DNA from: Trueperaceae bacterium
Lineage (GTDB): Bacteria; Deinococcota; Deinococci; Deinococcales; Trueperaceae
Reading direction: 5' to 3'
Assembly (NCBI GenBank): GCA_965214405.1
Contig: OZ243956.1
Location: forward strand, 832,001-896,000
Length of the DNA: 64,000 bases
A program made the translations under genes and the position numbers. How positions within the stretch are numbered: the stretch's first letter is position 1; each line of letters begins with the position of its first letter. Under the pieces are notes generated by a model, which did no database searches, had not been told where the DNA came from, and saw only the letters and a program-made list of their open reading frames with translations. Positions 31,213 through 41,655 of this stretch are shown here, one piece after another.

Positions 31213-31932
31213 TTAGGGTCTCAAATTGGGCGGACTGACCGTCTGCTCGGCGTATTCGTAGTAGTAACCGGCTTCTTCTTGATTCGTGACGCGGTTACCG
31301 TCAAACATAAAAGGCGAACTCACGCCGCGCGTTTTGTGAACGCTCTGCGCGGTTAGTTTGACTGTGACCGAGAGCACATCACTGGGGTCGAATAGGGAAT
31401 CTGTTGCGTTACACGTTGGGGCGTCCGGCGTGCAGGTAAAGGAGAGTTCAAAAGCGCGAACACCCGGAACGGCGGAGTCATACCTGGCACCACTATCTGC
31501 GCCTTTTCTCTCCCTGCGGTAGAGCGCCCAGACATTATCATTTTCCGTATCTTTGCGTAATTCGTAAGCCACTTCTACAGATCTATCTTCGGGCGTTGTT
31601 TCTGGGCGTGCGTAAGTGTCACAGTATCTGATGAACAGTGTGTGTCTGCGTTTTACGTTGTAGTAGGGGCGCGAGGTGTTAACCCAAAGAGCTGGCGTCA
31701 CGTCCCCAACATTACAGGCCGCTTCTACACCCTGCGAGCCCGCAATGTTGAGGTCCGCCGAAATCATTTCCAGTGCGGAACGCAAATTCACCTGCATCTC
31801 GTTGCGGGCTTCCGTCTGATCCGCCAGCCGCCACTGCGCGGTCAAGAAAGTTGTGATGATGCCCGTAACTAAGGTGAGAATACCGAGAGCCACGAGAGTT
31901 TCTACGAGCGTCATACCAGACGTGCGTTTCAT
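31213..31932 (-). CDS. Minor pilin (PilW-type), prepilin N-methylation domain
   Basis: MKRTSG|MTLVE; ALEMISADLNIAG; C-terminal PPNL. Confidence 0.88.
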   Translation of the reverse strand: MKRTSGMTLVETLVALGILTLVTGIITTFLTAQWRLADQTEARNEMQVNLRSALEMISADLNIAGSQGVEAACNVGDVTPALWVNTSRPYYNVKRRHTLFIRYCDTYARPETTPEDRSVEVAYELRKDTENDNVWALYRRERKGADSGARYDSAVPGVRAFELSFTCTPDAPTCNATDSLFDPSDVLSVTVKLTAQSVHKTRGVSSPFMFDGNRVTNQEEAGYYYEYAEQTVSPPNLRP

Positions 31933-32510
31933 CAGCTCGCCTCTGGGACGGGACACACGCTGAGGTCGCGGTTCGCCTTTCGGTCCACGTCTACGCAGCT
32001 CAGGTAACTCATGAGGCCGAGTTCCTTTTGAGATTCCCCCGTTGCCCACGTAACTTTCATACGAACCTGGACGAGCGCGCCCTCTGACGCTTTAGGTGCG
32101 CCGTTCTCAGGCCCCAACACCCACTGCGCCGTGTAGCGTCCTCCAGCAGCGCGCCCCTTACAAAGTGCATCCACACCCGCCGCCGCGGGCGGGTCTTGAA
32201 CCACAGGGCAGGCGTCGGCATAAGTTTCCCACGCAGCCCTCGAATTGTCGGCGCTCAGCACGTCCAGCAGAATTTTTTCGCGGACCCCCTCGAGCTGCTT
32301 GTTACCAAAATCCTTGGCCCCGCTTATTTCTCTCGCATTCGAAGTGGCCGACAAACTGCCCAACTGTGCGGCGGCAATGGCGAAAAAAGCGACTGCGATG
32401 ATGACGAGCGCGACCAAAAGCTCGAGAATCGTTACGCCTCTTTCGCTCTTGAATCCTGATACTTGCCTCTCTATAGCGTTTAACTGAGAGGTTTGGTAAA
32501 GCTTAGTCAT
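31932..32510 (-). CDS. Minor pilin (PilV-type)
   Basis: ERG|VTILELLVALVII; Cys pairs. Confidence 0.88.
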   Translation of the reverse strand: MTKLYQTSQLNAIERQVSGFKSERGVTILELLVALVIIAVAFFAIAAAQLGSLSATSNAREISGAKDFGNKQLEGVREKILLDVLSADNSRAAWETYADACPVVQDPPAAAGVDALCKGRAAGGRYTAQWVLGPENGAPKASEGALVQVRMKVTWATGESQKELGLMSYLSCVDVDRKANRDLSVCPVPEAS

Positions 32511-32989
32511 TACTTCTGCTCCAACTTAACGCGGCCCTGATGAGCAAAAGTGACGTGAAGAGCGTAATCCCCCCGCGTTGAGGAAAAGACGGGTTTCACC
32601 ATGCCAAACGGCGTACCGTGAGGGGTGCCACGCGGCGTAAAGACAACCTGATTAGCCGAGCCGCTGGTGAGCCTGACTAGCGGATAGCTCCCCGAGCCGA
32701 TAGCGATCTCCTCAATGATTTGGTCACCCGCCGAATATGTGCGGTCCGGCGCGCCCGCAGGGTCGGTATCCAAGAAAATTTGAAAGCTCGAGCCCGTCAC
32801 GCGCACGCCCGCGAACAGGTTTTTGGAAATGGCCTCAAATCTGGCTTTTTGCACGCTCACGACAAAGCTCTTGGCCGCCTGCTGGACTTGCAGGCGGTCT
32901 TGCGGGTTGAAGTTGAGCATCAGGGCGAACAAGACACCCAAAATAGCCACGACGATAATGATTTCTAAAAGGCTAAAACCTCGTTGCAC
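32510..32989 (-). CDS. Minor pilin (FimT/GspH-type)
   Basis: QRG|FSLLEIIIVV, ARFEAI and FTPRG; start placed at GTG 32989 (GGGAG upstream), though the ORF is open to 33142. Confidence 0.82.
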   Translation of the reverse strand: MQRGFSLLEIIIVVAILGVLFALMLNFNPQDRLQVQQAAKSFVVSVQKARFEAISKNLFAGVRVTGSSFQIFLDTDPAGAPDRTYSAGDQIIEEIAIGSGSYPLVRLTSGSANQVVFTPRGTPHGTPFGMVKPVFSSTRGDYALHVTFAHQGRVKLEQK

Positions 32990-33154
32990 TTTGGGGTGTC
33001 TCCCAGCACCTACAGCGGTTATCCCATGTTTGACCCCGGCGGGGACATTAAAACCCTTACACCGCGCCCTCCCCACTTTGGGGGTGGTGTTGAGAAAATG
33101 CGTTTGGGAAACCCTTTCTTTGATGTACTGCTCGGTAAGCATACAGATTCACCA

Positions 33155-33178
33155 AACAAGGGGTTGCAACCCCTTGTT
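33155..33178. repeat. Perfect 24-bp palindrome (REP-like or operator)
   Basis: AACAAGGGGTTGCAACCCCTTGTT equals its own reverse complement. Confidence 0.85.
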
Positions 33179-33216
33179 ACTCGTGGGGTGTTAGGGAGGC
33201 ACCTTTACACGGCAAT

Positions 33217-33861
33217 TTAGTTAAGCCCAAGCTCTCGAGCGCGGTTGATGGCCGAAAGCCGGTCTCCCACGCTCAACTTTCGGTACACCCCGTTGAGGTA
33301 GTCCTTGACCGTTTCGGGGCTTATCCCCAGACGTTTCGCCATCGCTTTATTAGATAAACCTTCGGCCAAAAGCCCCAGCACCTGCGCCTCGCGCGGGGTG
33401 AGGCTCGGCACCTCGACGCGCGGGAGCCAGTCGGCGCGGGGTTTCTCGACAATCTTGCGCAGCGTCGCCGCGAGTTCGGCGGGGTCGGTTTCTTTGGATA
33501 AATAGGCCGTCGCGCCCGCTTCCTTGGCGGCTTTGATGATGGCGGGCTCCTCAAAAGTCGTAAGCATCACGACCAGCACGCGGCGCTTGAGCTCGGTGAT
33601 TTGCTCGCAGGCTTGGATACCGTCGAGCACGGGCATCTTGACGTCCAGGAGGGCGACTTCGAGCTCATGCGCCTTGACCGCCTCCACCGCCTCGCGCCCG
33701 TCCGAGGCCTCGGCGACGACGATAAAGCCCTGGACCCGGAGCGCGTACCGGAGGCCCATCCGAAAGAGCGGGTGGTCGTCGGCGATGAGGACGCGTAGGG
33801 GGGGCGAAACGCTCACACTCTCACGTGTAGGATTTTTCACAGCGCTCTTCGAGTAATTCAT
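33217..33861 (-). CDS. NarL/LuxR-family response regulator
   Basis: IADDHPLFR, LLDVKMP and LTPREAQVL...GLSNK...ETVK. Confidence 0.95.
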   Translation of the reverse strand: MNYSKSAVKNPTRESVSVSPPLRVLIADDHPLFRMGLRYALRVQGFIVVAEASDGREAVEAVKAHELEVALLDVKMPVLDGIQACEQITELKRRVLVVMLTTFEEPAIIKAAKEAGATAYLSKETDPAELAATLRKIVEKPRADWLPRVEVPSLTPREAQVLGLLAEGLSNKAMAKRLGISPETVKDYLNGVYRKLSVGDRLSAINRARELGLN

Positions 33862-34949
33862 GCCGCCTCTTTCAAGTACACGAGAAACACCGTGCCCTGC
33901 GGCCCCGTTCGCTCGGTCACGAGCCGCCCGCCGTGCGCTTCGGTAATGCGGCGCGCGATAAAGAGCCCCAAGCCTCCCGTGCCCGCCGTGTAACGCTCTC
34001 CCGCGATGTCCACGGGCTGCGCGTTAAAGGGCTGCGCGAGCGTTTCAAGGGGCGCGGGCAAGCCCGGTCCGTCGTCCTGTAGGCGAATCATGCCGGAGAA
34101 AATCTCAACGGTGATGCGGGAACGCGCGTAACGCACGGCGTTACTCAGGAGGTTGTAGAGCGCGCGCTCCAACTCTCGAGCGTCCACGACCGCGAGCGCG
34201 CTCCCGCGCAGCGTCAGGGTAAGTCCACGCTCCTCAGCGAGCGGGCGCACCCGCTCGAGCACCCCCGCGACCAAGTCTTTAAGCTCGAGCCTTTCGCGCT
34301 TTAGGGGCACGTCGTCGCGTTCAAATTTGTGCGCGTCAACCATCCCCTGCACGAGTTCGGTGAGCCTCTTGTTCTCGCTCAAAACGCGGCTCACGATGTC
34401 GATGCGCTCCTCACGGGGCAAGGAGTCGGTGTCGCGGATCACCGCCAGGAGGTGATTGGCGGCCACCAGGGGAGTTTTGAGGTCGTGCATCAAGGTCGCC
34501 ATAAACGAACTCCGGCGCGACTGCTCTAAGCCCACCTGGGCGAGGAGCGTGTTAAACGAGGTTTTGAGGAGGAGCACTTCTTTGGGTTCATGCTGGGCGG
34601 GCTCCAACCTCACCCCCGTCAAGCGGCCCCTGCGCGACTGGAGCACGTCAATTTGCCCGCTCAGCTTCGTTAAGGGCGCTAACAACAGGCGCGAGAGCGC
34701 GTAGCCGAGACCCGCCGAGAGGAGGGCAACGCCGAGCATCCAAGCGCCAAAGGTAAGCCAGAGGGAGCGGGGTAGCGCCGCGCCGTAGAGCGACCCGAAA
34801 AAGGAGAGCGCAACCACCCCGTTGGGCAAGAACGAGAGCAGGCCGATAACGAAAGCGACCTGCGCGTGAAGGCTTAACCCTCCGCCGCGTTTAGGTTTGA
34901 AGGCAAGGCTCGAGCCCTCGTTGGCTTGCGTTCCTCTCGCGCTTATCAC
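33858..34949 (-). CDS. Sensor histidine kinase (2 TM, HAMP, HisKA, HATPase)
   Basis: HDLKTPL, NLLSNAVRY, DDGPG and GGLGLFI; overlaps the response regulator start. Confidence 0.93.
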   Translation of the reverse strand: MISARGTQANEGSSLAFKPKRGGGLSLHAQVAFVIGLLSFLPNGVVALSFFGSLYGAALPRSLWLTFGAWMLGVALLSAGLGYALSRLLLAPLTKLSGQIDVLQSRRGRLTGVRLEPAQHEPKEVLLLKTSFNTLLAQVGLEQSRRSSFMATLMHDLKTPLVAANHLLAVIRDTDSLPREERIDIVSRVLSENKRLTELVQGMVDAHKFERDDVPLKRERLELKDLVAGVLERVRPLAEERGLTLTLRGSALAVVDARELERALYNLLSNAVRYARSRITVEIFSGMIRLQDDGPGLPAPLETLAQPFNAQPVDIAGERYTAGTGGLGLFIARRITEAHGGRLVTERTGPQGTVFLVYLKEAA

Positions 34950-34961
34950 TCCTCCGTTCTA

Positions 34962-36758
34962 CTACTCGTCGGAGGTCAGCACCGCCAAAAATGCCTCTTG
35001 TGGCACCTCGACGGTGCCGAGCTGCTTCATGCGCTCCTTGCCCTTTTTCTGCTTTTCCAACAACTTGCGCTTTCTCGTGATGTCGCCGCCGTAACACTTG
35101 GCGGTCACGTCCTTGCGAAAGGCGCGCACGGTCGCGCGGGCCAAAATCTTGCCGCCGATGGCCGCCTGGATGGGCACCGCGAACATCTGCCGGGGGATCA
35201 CCTCGGCCATCTTGTCGACGATCTTGCGCCCGATGCCGTAGGCCTTGTCGCGGTGAGCAATGATGGAGAGCGCGTCCACTTTTTCGTCGTTGACGAGCAC
35301 GTCCACCTTGACGAGCGCGCCCTCGCGGTACTCCAGGGGCTCGTAGTCCATCGAAGCGTAGCCTCTTGTTAAACTTTTGAGCCGGTCATGAAAGTCGTAA
35401 AGAATCTCGCCAAAGGGCACCTCATAGCGCAACTCGACGCGCCGCCCGTGGTAAACCATGTTTTTCATGTCGCCGCGGCGATCTTGGAGCAGGCCCATCA
35501 CGTTGCCCACGTACTCCTCGGGCACGTAGACGGAGAGCTTGACGTAGGGCTCGAGGATGCGCGCCACCTTGTCAGGCTCGGGCAGCTCGGCGGGGTTCTG
35601 GATGCGCTCCGTTTGACCGTTGGTCAGTTCGACCTCGTAGATGACCGCGGGCGCGGTGGCGATGAGGCCCAAGTCGAATTCGCGCTCGAGCCGCGCCTGC
35701 ACGATGTCGGCGTGTAAGAGCCCTAGAAAGCCGCAGCGAAAGCCGAAGCCTAACGCTTCTGACGTCTCGGGCTCAAAAGTAAAGGCAGCGTCGTTTAGGG
35801 AAAGTTTTTCCAATGCCTCGCGCAGCTTGTGATAATCGTCGGCGTCGGTCGGGTAGAGGCCGCTAAAGACGACGGGCTGCGCGGGCTTGAAGCCGGGAAT
35901 CACGTGCGTGGTGGGTTTTTCGGCGTGGGTGACGGTGTCGCCTATCTGCGTATCCGCGATGTTTTTGATGCTCGCGGTGAGCCAGCCCACCTCGCCGGGG
36001 CCGAGCACGTCGGCGACGGCTAAAGAAGGCTCAAAAAAGCCCACCTTGTCCACCTCAAACTCCTTGCCCGTGCTCACAATTTTAATCACGTCGCCCTTTT
36101 TGACCCTGCCGTCGAACACGCGAATCAGGGGAATGACGCCCTGATAAGTGTCGTAAACCGCATCGAAAATAAGGCACGACAGCGGCGCGTCGGGGTCGCC
36201 CTCGGGCGCGGGCAGGTGCTCGACGATGGCCTCCAAAATCGCCCCCACGTTCTCCCCCGTTTTGGCCGAGACCGCCACCGCGTAGTCGCCGGGGATGCCG
36301 ACGACCTCCTCTAGTTCGCGCACCGCCCCCTCGGGATCGGCGTTGGGCAGGTCGATTTTATTTACCACGGGCAAGACCTCGAGCCCGTTATCAACCGCCA
36401 AATACGCGTTCTGGATCGTTTGCGCCTCGACGCCTTGCGCCGCGTCGATGACCAACAAGACCCCCTCGCAGGCGCGCAGGGCGCGCGACACCTCGTAGTT
36501 AAAGTCCACGTGGCCGGGGGTGTCGATAAGGTTGAACATGTACCGCTGGCCGTTTTTGGCGTTGTAGTAGAGGCGCACCGGGGAGGCCTTGATGGTGATG
36601 CCTCGCTCGCGCTCGAGTTCTAAGGTATCCAACATCTGGTCGCGGCGGTTACGGTCCGACACGCTTCTTGTCAGCTCCAAGATGCGGTCGGCCAGGGTCG
36701 ATTTGCCGTGGTCCACGTGCGCGATGATCGAAAAGTTACGGATTTCTGGGCTACTCAC
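34962..36758 (-). CDS. lepA: Elongation factor 4
   Basis: [27 protein letters not shown] and [21 protein letters not shown] 36758 follows TACAAT-N6. Confidence 0.97.
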   Translation of the reverse strand: MSSPEIRNFSIIAHVDHGKSTLADRILELTRSVSDRNRRDQMLDTLELERERGITIKASPVRLYYNAKNGQRYMFNLIDTPGHVDFNYEVSRALRACEGVLLVIDAAQGVEAQTIQNAYLAVDNGLEVLPVVNKIDLPNADPEGAVRELEEVVGIPGDYAVAVSAKTGENVGAILEAIVEHLPAPEGDPDAPLSCLIFDAVYDTYQGVIPLIRVFDGRVKKGDVIKIVSTGKEFEVDKVGFFEPSLAVADVLGPGEVGWLTASIKNIADTQIGDTVTHAEKPTTHVIPGFKPAQPVVFSGLYPTDADDYHKLREALEKLSLNDAAFTFEPETSEALGFGFRCGFLGLLHADIVQARLEREFDLGLIATAPAVIYEVELTNGQTERIQNPAELPEPDKVARILEPYVKLSVYVPEEYVGNVMGLLQDRRGDMKNMVYHGRRVELRYEVPFGEILYDFHDRLKSLTRGYASMDYEPLEYREGALVKVDVLVNDEKVDALSIIAHRDKAYGIGRKIVDKMAEVIPRQMFAVPIQAAIGGKILARATVRAFRKDVTAKCYGGDITRKRKLLEKQKKGKERMKQLGTVEVPQEAFLAVLTSDE

Positions 36759-36907
36759 CCTTGCATTGTACCGGCAAAGGGTGCCGCCTGCTTGCAAGAT
36801 GGCTCGCACAGGTGGGGTTTACCCTTTTTGGGCCCGCCCTTTTTTGAGTCTCACCCCTTGTCAAGACGAAAAGCGCCTGATAAGGTACTTCTTTAGAGGA
36901 GGCCATA

Positions 36908-37195
36908 GTGGCAGACACGGTCAATAAAGGACATCTGGTTGATAAAGTTGCCGAAACCACCGGCTTGAGCAAGCGAGACGTCAAGAGCGTCGTCGACGGT
37001 GTGTTCGACCACATCACCGAGCACCTGACGCGCGGCGACAAGGTGCAGATTACGGGCTTCGGCGCTTTTGAGGTTCGGGAACGCTCCGCACGGCAGGGCG
37101 TCAACCCGAGCACGGGCGAGAAAATAGACATCGCCGCCTCCAAAGCGCCCGCCTTCAAGGCGGGCAAGAGCCTCAAGGAGAGCGTGAAGGGCTAA
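36908..37195 (+). CDS. hup: HU family DNA-binding protein
   Basis: [28 protein letters not shown] and PAFKAGK. Confidence 0.95.
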   Translation: MADTVNKGHLVDKVAETTGLSKRDVKSVVDGVFDHITEHLTRGDKVQITGFGAFEVRERSARQGVNPSTGEKIDIAASKAPAFKAGKSLKESVKG

Positions 37196-37220
37196 TGCGC
37201 CGCTAAAAGCTAAAGTTAAG

Positions 37221-37249
37221 AAGCGCCCGCTCAGACGGGCGTTTTTGTT
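37221..37249 (+). terminator. Intrinsic terminator
   Basis: AAGCGCCCG-ctcaga-CGGGCGTTT followed by TTGTT. Confidence 0.75.
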
Positions 37250-37450
37250 GGTCATAGCCTCAAAGTACGCTCATGTGAGTCTGCTAGGATGCTTAAAGAG
37301 ACAGCTTGCAAACGTGTTGACGTGGCTTGTCTGAAATTTCTTGCGCTTTACCCGAAGCTCTTCCGCACAAGTTCTTTGCACGGAATTCTCTAAGCTTATT
37401 TTTTTCTTCTTTACACCAATCTTTTACACCAAGCGTTCTCCGAAAACCCT

Positions 37451-38923
37451 ATGCAGACCTCCAGACGCGACTTCCTCAAACTCAGCGGCGCGGTCCTCGC
37501 CGCGAGTCTCGTGTCGCCTGCGCTTGCCAAGGCGAGTGAAACGGCGAGTCGGGTCGACCCTGGGCTGCATCTGCTTAACCGCATTACCTGGGGGCCGCGG
37601 TTTGAAGAGCTCGAGCGGCTAAACACTCTCGGCTTGGAAGCGTATTTAGACGAGCAGCTTCACCCCGAACGCATAGGCGACGCGGGGGCGGACTCCAAGT
37701 TACGAGACCTCCCCATTCTGGCAATGGACCGCCGCACCGCCCACCGCCTCACCGACTACCGCGACCGCTGCCGCAAGGCGCTGATTCAGGGGGTGGTGCT
37801 CCGCGGGGCGCACAGCAAACGGCAACTTTTGGAGCGCGTAGTGGATTTCTGGACGGACCATTTCAACGTGCCGAGCCGCGACCTAGAGCCCGAAGTCATC
37901 GCTTTTCAGCGCGAGGCGATTCGCGCGCACGCGCTGGGAGGTTTCCGTGATTTGCTCTTTGCCACCGCCCAGAGCCCCGCCATGCTCGGTTACCTGGACA
38001 ACAAGAGCAACGAGGCGGAAAATCCGAACGAAAATTATGCGAGGGAGCTTTTAGAGCTTCACACCCTAGGCGTGGACGGCGGCTACAGCGAGGAGGACGT
38101 CAAAGAAGTCGCGCGGGCCTTTACGGGTTGGACGGTTGATAACCGCACCGACTCAGGTTTTTACTTCAAGGCCAAAGTTCATGACACGGGCGAGAAGCAC
38201 GTGCTTGGACACACCTTGCCTGCGGATAGAGGGATTGAAGACGGCTTGCACGTCTTGAGCCTCTTAGCAGATCATCCTTCGACGGCGCGCTTCGTCTGCA
38301 CAAAGCTCTGCGTCAAGTTCGTCGCCGACGACCCGCCGCCCAATTTGGTGGAGAGCGCGGCGCAGGTGTGGATGCAAACGGATGGCGATATCAGGGAGGT
38401 GTTGCGCCACATCTTTTTGTCTCCAGAATTTGAGGCCTCCGCAGGTAGGAAGCTGCGCCGCCCCTTGGAGTTTTTCATCGGCGCGCTCCGCGCGACGGGC
38501 ACCGAGCCCCACGACGACAAGACGAGAGAGCTTTTGAAAAGCCTCGCGCACGTCCCTTACGCCTGGGAGCCGCCGGACGGTTATCCCGATAAGGCGGCGG
38601 CGTGGATAACGAGCAGCGGCCTTTTAGCCCGCTGGAACGTCGCGTCGGCCCTGACGCACACGGCCTACAGCAACCCGGACGCGCTCATGAGCACAGAGCT
38701 TTACGAGCGCGTCGGGAGTCCTGAAACCGTCGGAGTGCTTGTGGACGGGGTGGCGCAGCAGGTTTTTGCCAGACGCTTGGAAGAAGCCGAACGCGCGTTG
38801 TTCATCGCTTTTGCGTCGGATGATGGCGGAGCCGACACGCCTGTTACCGCTCACCTCGTGGCGCGTAAGCTCGGCTCCTTGTACGGCCTCATGCTCGCCT
38901 CGCCCGCGTACCAGTGGTGCTAA
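37451..38923 (+). CDS. DUF1800 family protein, Tat signal
   Basis: SRRDFLK; LLERVVDFWTDHF, SPAMLGYLDN, NENYARELLELHTLG and ARAFTGW. Confidence 0.9.
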   Translation: MQTSRRDFLKLSGAVLAASLVSPALAKASETASRVDPGLHLLNRITWGPRFEELERLNTLGLEAYLDEQLHPERIGDAGADSKLRDLPILAMDRRTAHRLTDYRDRCRKALIQGVVLRGAHSKRQLLERVVDFWTDHFNVPSRDLEPEVIAFQREAIRAHALGGFRDLLFATAQSPAMLGYLDNKSNEAENPNENYARELLELHTLGVDGGYSEEDVKEVARAFTGWTVDNRTDSGFYFKAKVHDTGEKHVLGHTLPADRGIEDGLHVLSLLADHPSTARFVCTKLCVKFVADDPPPNLVESAAQVWMQTDGDIREVLRHIFLSPEFEASAGRKLRRPLEFFIGALRATGTEPHDDKTRELLKSLAHVPYAWEPPDGYPDKAAAWITSSGLLARWNVASALTHTAYSNPDALMSTELYERVGSPETVGVLVDGVAQQVFARRLEEAERALFIAFASDDGGADTPVTAHLVARKLGSLYGLMLASPAYQWC

Positions 38924-38937
38924 AAGGAGATAGACCT

Positions 38938-40236
38938 ATGAACCGACGTGACCTTCTCGCCCGTATGGGAATGCTCGGCACGCTCGGCGTCTCCCGCGCG
39001 CTCCTGCCCGGTTGGCTGCCTCAGCTCGCGTTTCGGCCCCTCGAGCTGAGCACCACGTCCGGCGCCGCTCCCGGCGACACCCTCGTTTGCATCTTTTTAC
39101 GCGGCGGCATGGACGGCTTGAGCGCCGTCGCGCCCTACGGTGAAGGCTCACACTTTTATGACGCCAGACCAACTCAGCGCGTTCGGGAACCCGGCAACGC
39201 GTCCGGGGCCGCGTTGGACTTAGACGGCTTTTTCGGGTTTCACCCGGCGCTCGAGCCGCTTTCGGACATCTACCGCACGGGCGACTTAGGCGTCATCCAC
39301 GCGGTCGGCAGCACCGACCCGTCTAGATCGCACTTTGACGCGATGCAGTTTATAGAAAACGGCACGCCGGGAACGAAGATGACCAGCACGGGCTGGCTCG
39401 GGCGGCACCTAAAGAGTGCGGCCTGGGAGAACGGCTCACCTTTTCGCGCGGTCGGGATGGGCGCGATGCTGCCCGCGTCGCTGCGCGGCAGCACGCCCCT
39501 GTCGCTCCGCTCGATTACCGACTTTCACCTGCGCGGACGGCAGGGCGAGCGGTGGCGCGTGGAGCAGGCGCTTAGCGACCTCTACAGCCTCCACGCGCCC
39601 GACGAGATGTTAGGGCCTCAAGCAGAACTCGTTTTTGAAACCATCGAGATGCTCAAATCTTTGGAAGCGCCCACCTATCAACCCGCGGGCGGCGCGTCCT
39701 ATCCGGACGACCACCACGGCTTCGGCAAGGGTTTAGAGCAGATTGCGCAGCTTGTCAAGGCGGAGGTCGGCTTAGAAGTCGCCTGCCTCGACTTAGGCGG
39801 CTGGGACACGCACGAAGGGCAAGGGACGCTGGACGGGAACTTCAACTACCTTTTAGACACGTTGGGGCGCGGTTTGGAAGCGCTCTACACCGACTTAGGC
39901 GACCGGATGCAGCGCGTGACGGTTCTCACCATGAGCGAGTTCGGGCGGCGCGTTAAGGAGAACGCGAGCGCGGGCACCGACCACGGGCACGGGGGCGTGA
40001 TGATGCTGATGGGCGGCGGCGTCAAGGGTGGGCAGGTCTACAGCCGGTGGCCGACGCTCGAGCCCCACGCCCTCAACAACGGCGACTTGGCCGTCACCAC
40101 CGACTACCGCGACGTGTTAGCCGAGGTGGTCTCGCAGCGCCTGGGCAACCCCAAGCTGGCCGAGGTCTTCCCCAACCACACCGTAACGCCGCTCGGCCTC
40201 GTGCATCCGCTGAACGACAGGCAAGCCCGTGCCTAG
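38938..40236 (+). CDS. DUF1501 family protein, Tat-like signal
   Basis: NRRDLL; FLRGGMDGL, RSHF, GGWDTH, SEFGRR, GTDHG and TTDYRDV. Confidence 0.9.
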   Translation: MNRRDLLARMGMLGTLGVSRALLPGWLPQLAFRPLELSTTSGAAPGDTLVCIFLRGGMDGLSAVAPYGEGSHFYDARPTQRVREPGNASGAALDLDGFFGFHPALEPLSDIYRTGDLGVIHAVGSTDPSRSHFDAMQFIENGTPGTKMTSTGWLGRHLKSAAWENGSPFRAVGMGAMLPASLRGSTPLSLRSITDFHLRGRQGERWRVEQALSDLYSLHAPDEMLGPQAELVFETIEMLKSLEAPTYQPAGGASYPDDHHGFGKGLEQIAQLVKAEVGLEVACLDLGGWDTHEGQGTLDGNFNYLLDTLGRGLEALYTDLGDRMQRVTVLTMSEFGRRVKENASAGTDHGHGGVMMLMGGGVKGGQVYSRWPTLEPHALNNGDLAVTTDYRDVLAEVVSQRLGNPKLAEVFPNHTVTPLGLVHPLNDRQARA

Positions 40237-41023
40237 GGTTGTGTTACGCAAAAAAGGATTCATCACAATGCTGCTCGTCCTGCTGCTTAGCTGGACTCTG
40301 GGTGCGTCCGCCCAATCGGAATACGCCGACGAGTCTTATGAAGAGAGAGAAGCGCGGCTGGTCACGTTCATCGCCGAAACCGAGGACTTTGCTGACTGGC
40401 TGACGAGCTATGAAGGCTGGCAGGGCAGCGCCTCACCCCATGACGAAAACAATCTGGACGGGGGCTGGAGCGTTGAATTTCACGACGCCGACGGTGAGGA
40501 GTGGCTGGGCTACGCCAATGTGAATTCGCTCTCAGGTGAAATATACGACTCGTTCGTCCCTCGACCGCTACCCGAGGACGAACTCGCGGCGGGCCGAGCG
40601 CGCGTGCAAACGCTCGTCCTAAACGACCCTGAGGTGGCGGCGCGGCTTAGCGACCCGCTTCTTTGGGATATTGAAACGGACTATAACCGTTTTGAGGTGC
40701 ATTGGAGGGTGGACTTTTACAGGGGCTTAGAGCACCTGCGGGTCATCGCCCAGATGGGCGATGAATTTTATATCGAAGAGATTCGCAACGAGCGCACCTT
40801 TAACGAGGAAAAAGCGGTTGAGTATGCTCGAGACGAGGCCATCCGCTTAGCTTACGAAGAGGTCGGCAACGCCTTGGACGGCCTGGACGACTGGCGCACC
40901 TACGCCGAAAGGCAGGGCGGCGGGCGCTGGAGTGTGAGTTTTGTCACGGGCGGGACAGAACGGTTTTTTGCGCTGGTGGATGTGGAGAATGGGCAGGTAT
41001 TGGAGGCGGAGGCGAGGGAATGA
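40229..41023 (+). CDS. Secreted acidic hypothetical protein
   Basis: Signal peptide ending ASA|Q; repeated W.VEF/W.VDF/WSVSF units; overlaps the DUF1501 stop. Confidence 0.7.
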   Translation: MPRVVLRKKGFITMLLVLLLSWTLGASAQSEYADESYEEREARLVTFIAETEDFADWLTSYEGWQGSASPHDENNLDGGWSVEFHDADGEEWLGYANVNSLSGEIYDSFVPRPLPEDELAAGRARVQTLVLNDPEVAARLSDPLLWDIETDYNRFEVHWRVDFYRGLEHLRVIAQMGDEFYIEEIRNERTFNEEKAVEYARDEAIRLAYEEVGNALDGLDDWRTYAERQGGGRWSVSFVTGGTERFFALVDVENGQVLEAEARE

Positions 41024-41064
41024 GCTTTCCCTCTAACTTTCGCTTACGATTGTTAGAGTGACGC

Positions 41065-41655
41065 ATGTCCAAAAACGCACTTTACTTTCTCGTCGGTTCG
41101 TCCGGCTCAGGCAAGACAACCTTGCTTAAACGCGTTGCCAACGACTTTTTTTCAGACTTGACCGTGTTTCATTTTGATGACATTGCCGCACCAAGCGCCG
41201 AAGTCGTCCGTAAGCTCGGCGGGCCGGAGCAGTGGCAGGCGTTTACTGCGCGCCAGTGGGTCAAGAGAATAGCTGAATCTGATGCAAGACTCACCGTACT
41301 CGGTGGGCAGGCAAGGCCCAGCATCTTGCAGCGCGCCACCAATGAAGATGGCTTATCAGCCCTGCACATCACGCTTATTGACTGTGGTCATAATGAGCGG
41401 CGACGACGTTTAGTTGAAGAAAGGTCGCAGCCTGAACTCGACCAGCTAGACACATACGCCTGGGCTGCATACTTGCGTGGTCAGGCGGACGCGCTCGAGC
41501 TCGAGGTCATCGACACAACTTCCGCAACTATAGAAGAGAGCGCGGAAACGCTTGCGCGGAGTATCGAACGTTTTGCTGGGGCCATAGGCTCGCCGGTTCA
41601 TAAAACCTCACAACCCAGCACCTTTTCATCACCTCTAAATTTCAGGTGGGGCTGA
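41065..41655 (+). CDS. P-loop kinase/AAA-like protein
   Basis: N-terminal Walker A GSSGSGKT; C-terminal IDTT; lower GC than its neighbours. Confidence 0.75.
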   Translation: MSKNALYFLVGSSGSGKTTLLKRVANDFFSDLTVFHFDDIAAPSAEVVRKLGGPEQWQAFTARQWVKRIAESDARLTVLGGQARPSILQRATNEDGLSALHITLIDCGHNERRRRLVEERSQPELDQLDTYAWAAYLRGQADALELEVIDTTSATIEESAETLARSIERFAGAIGSPVHKTSQPSTFSSPLNFRWG

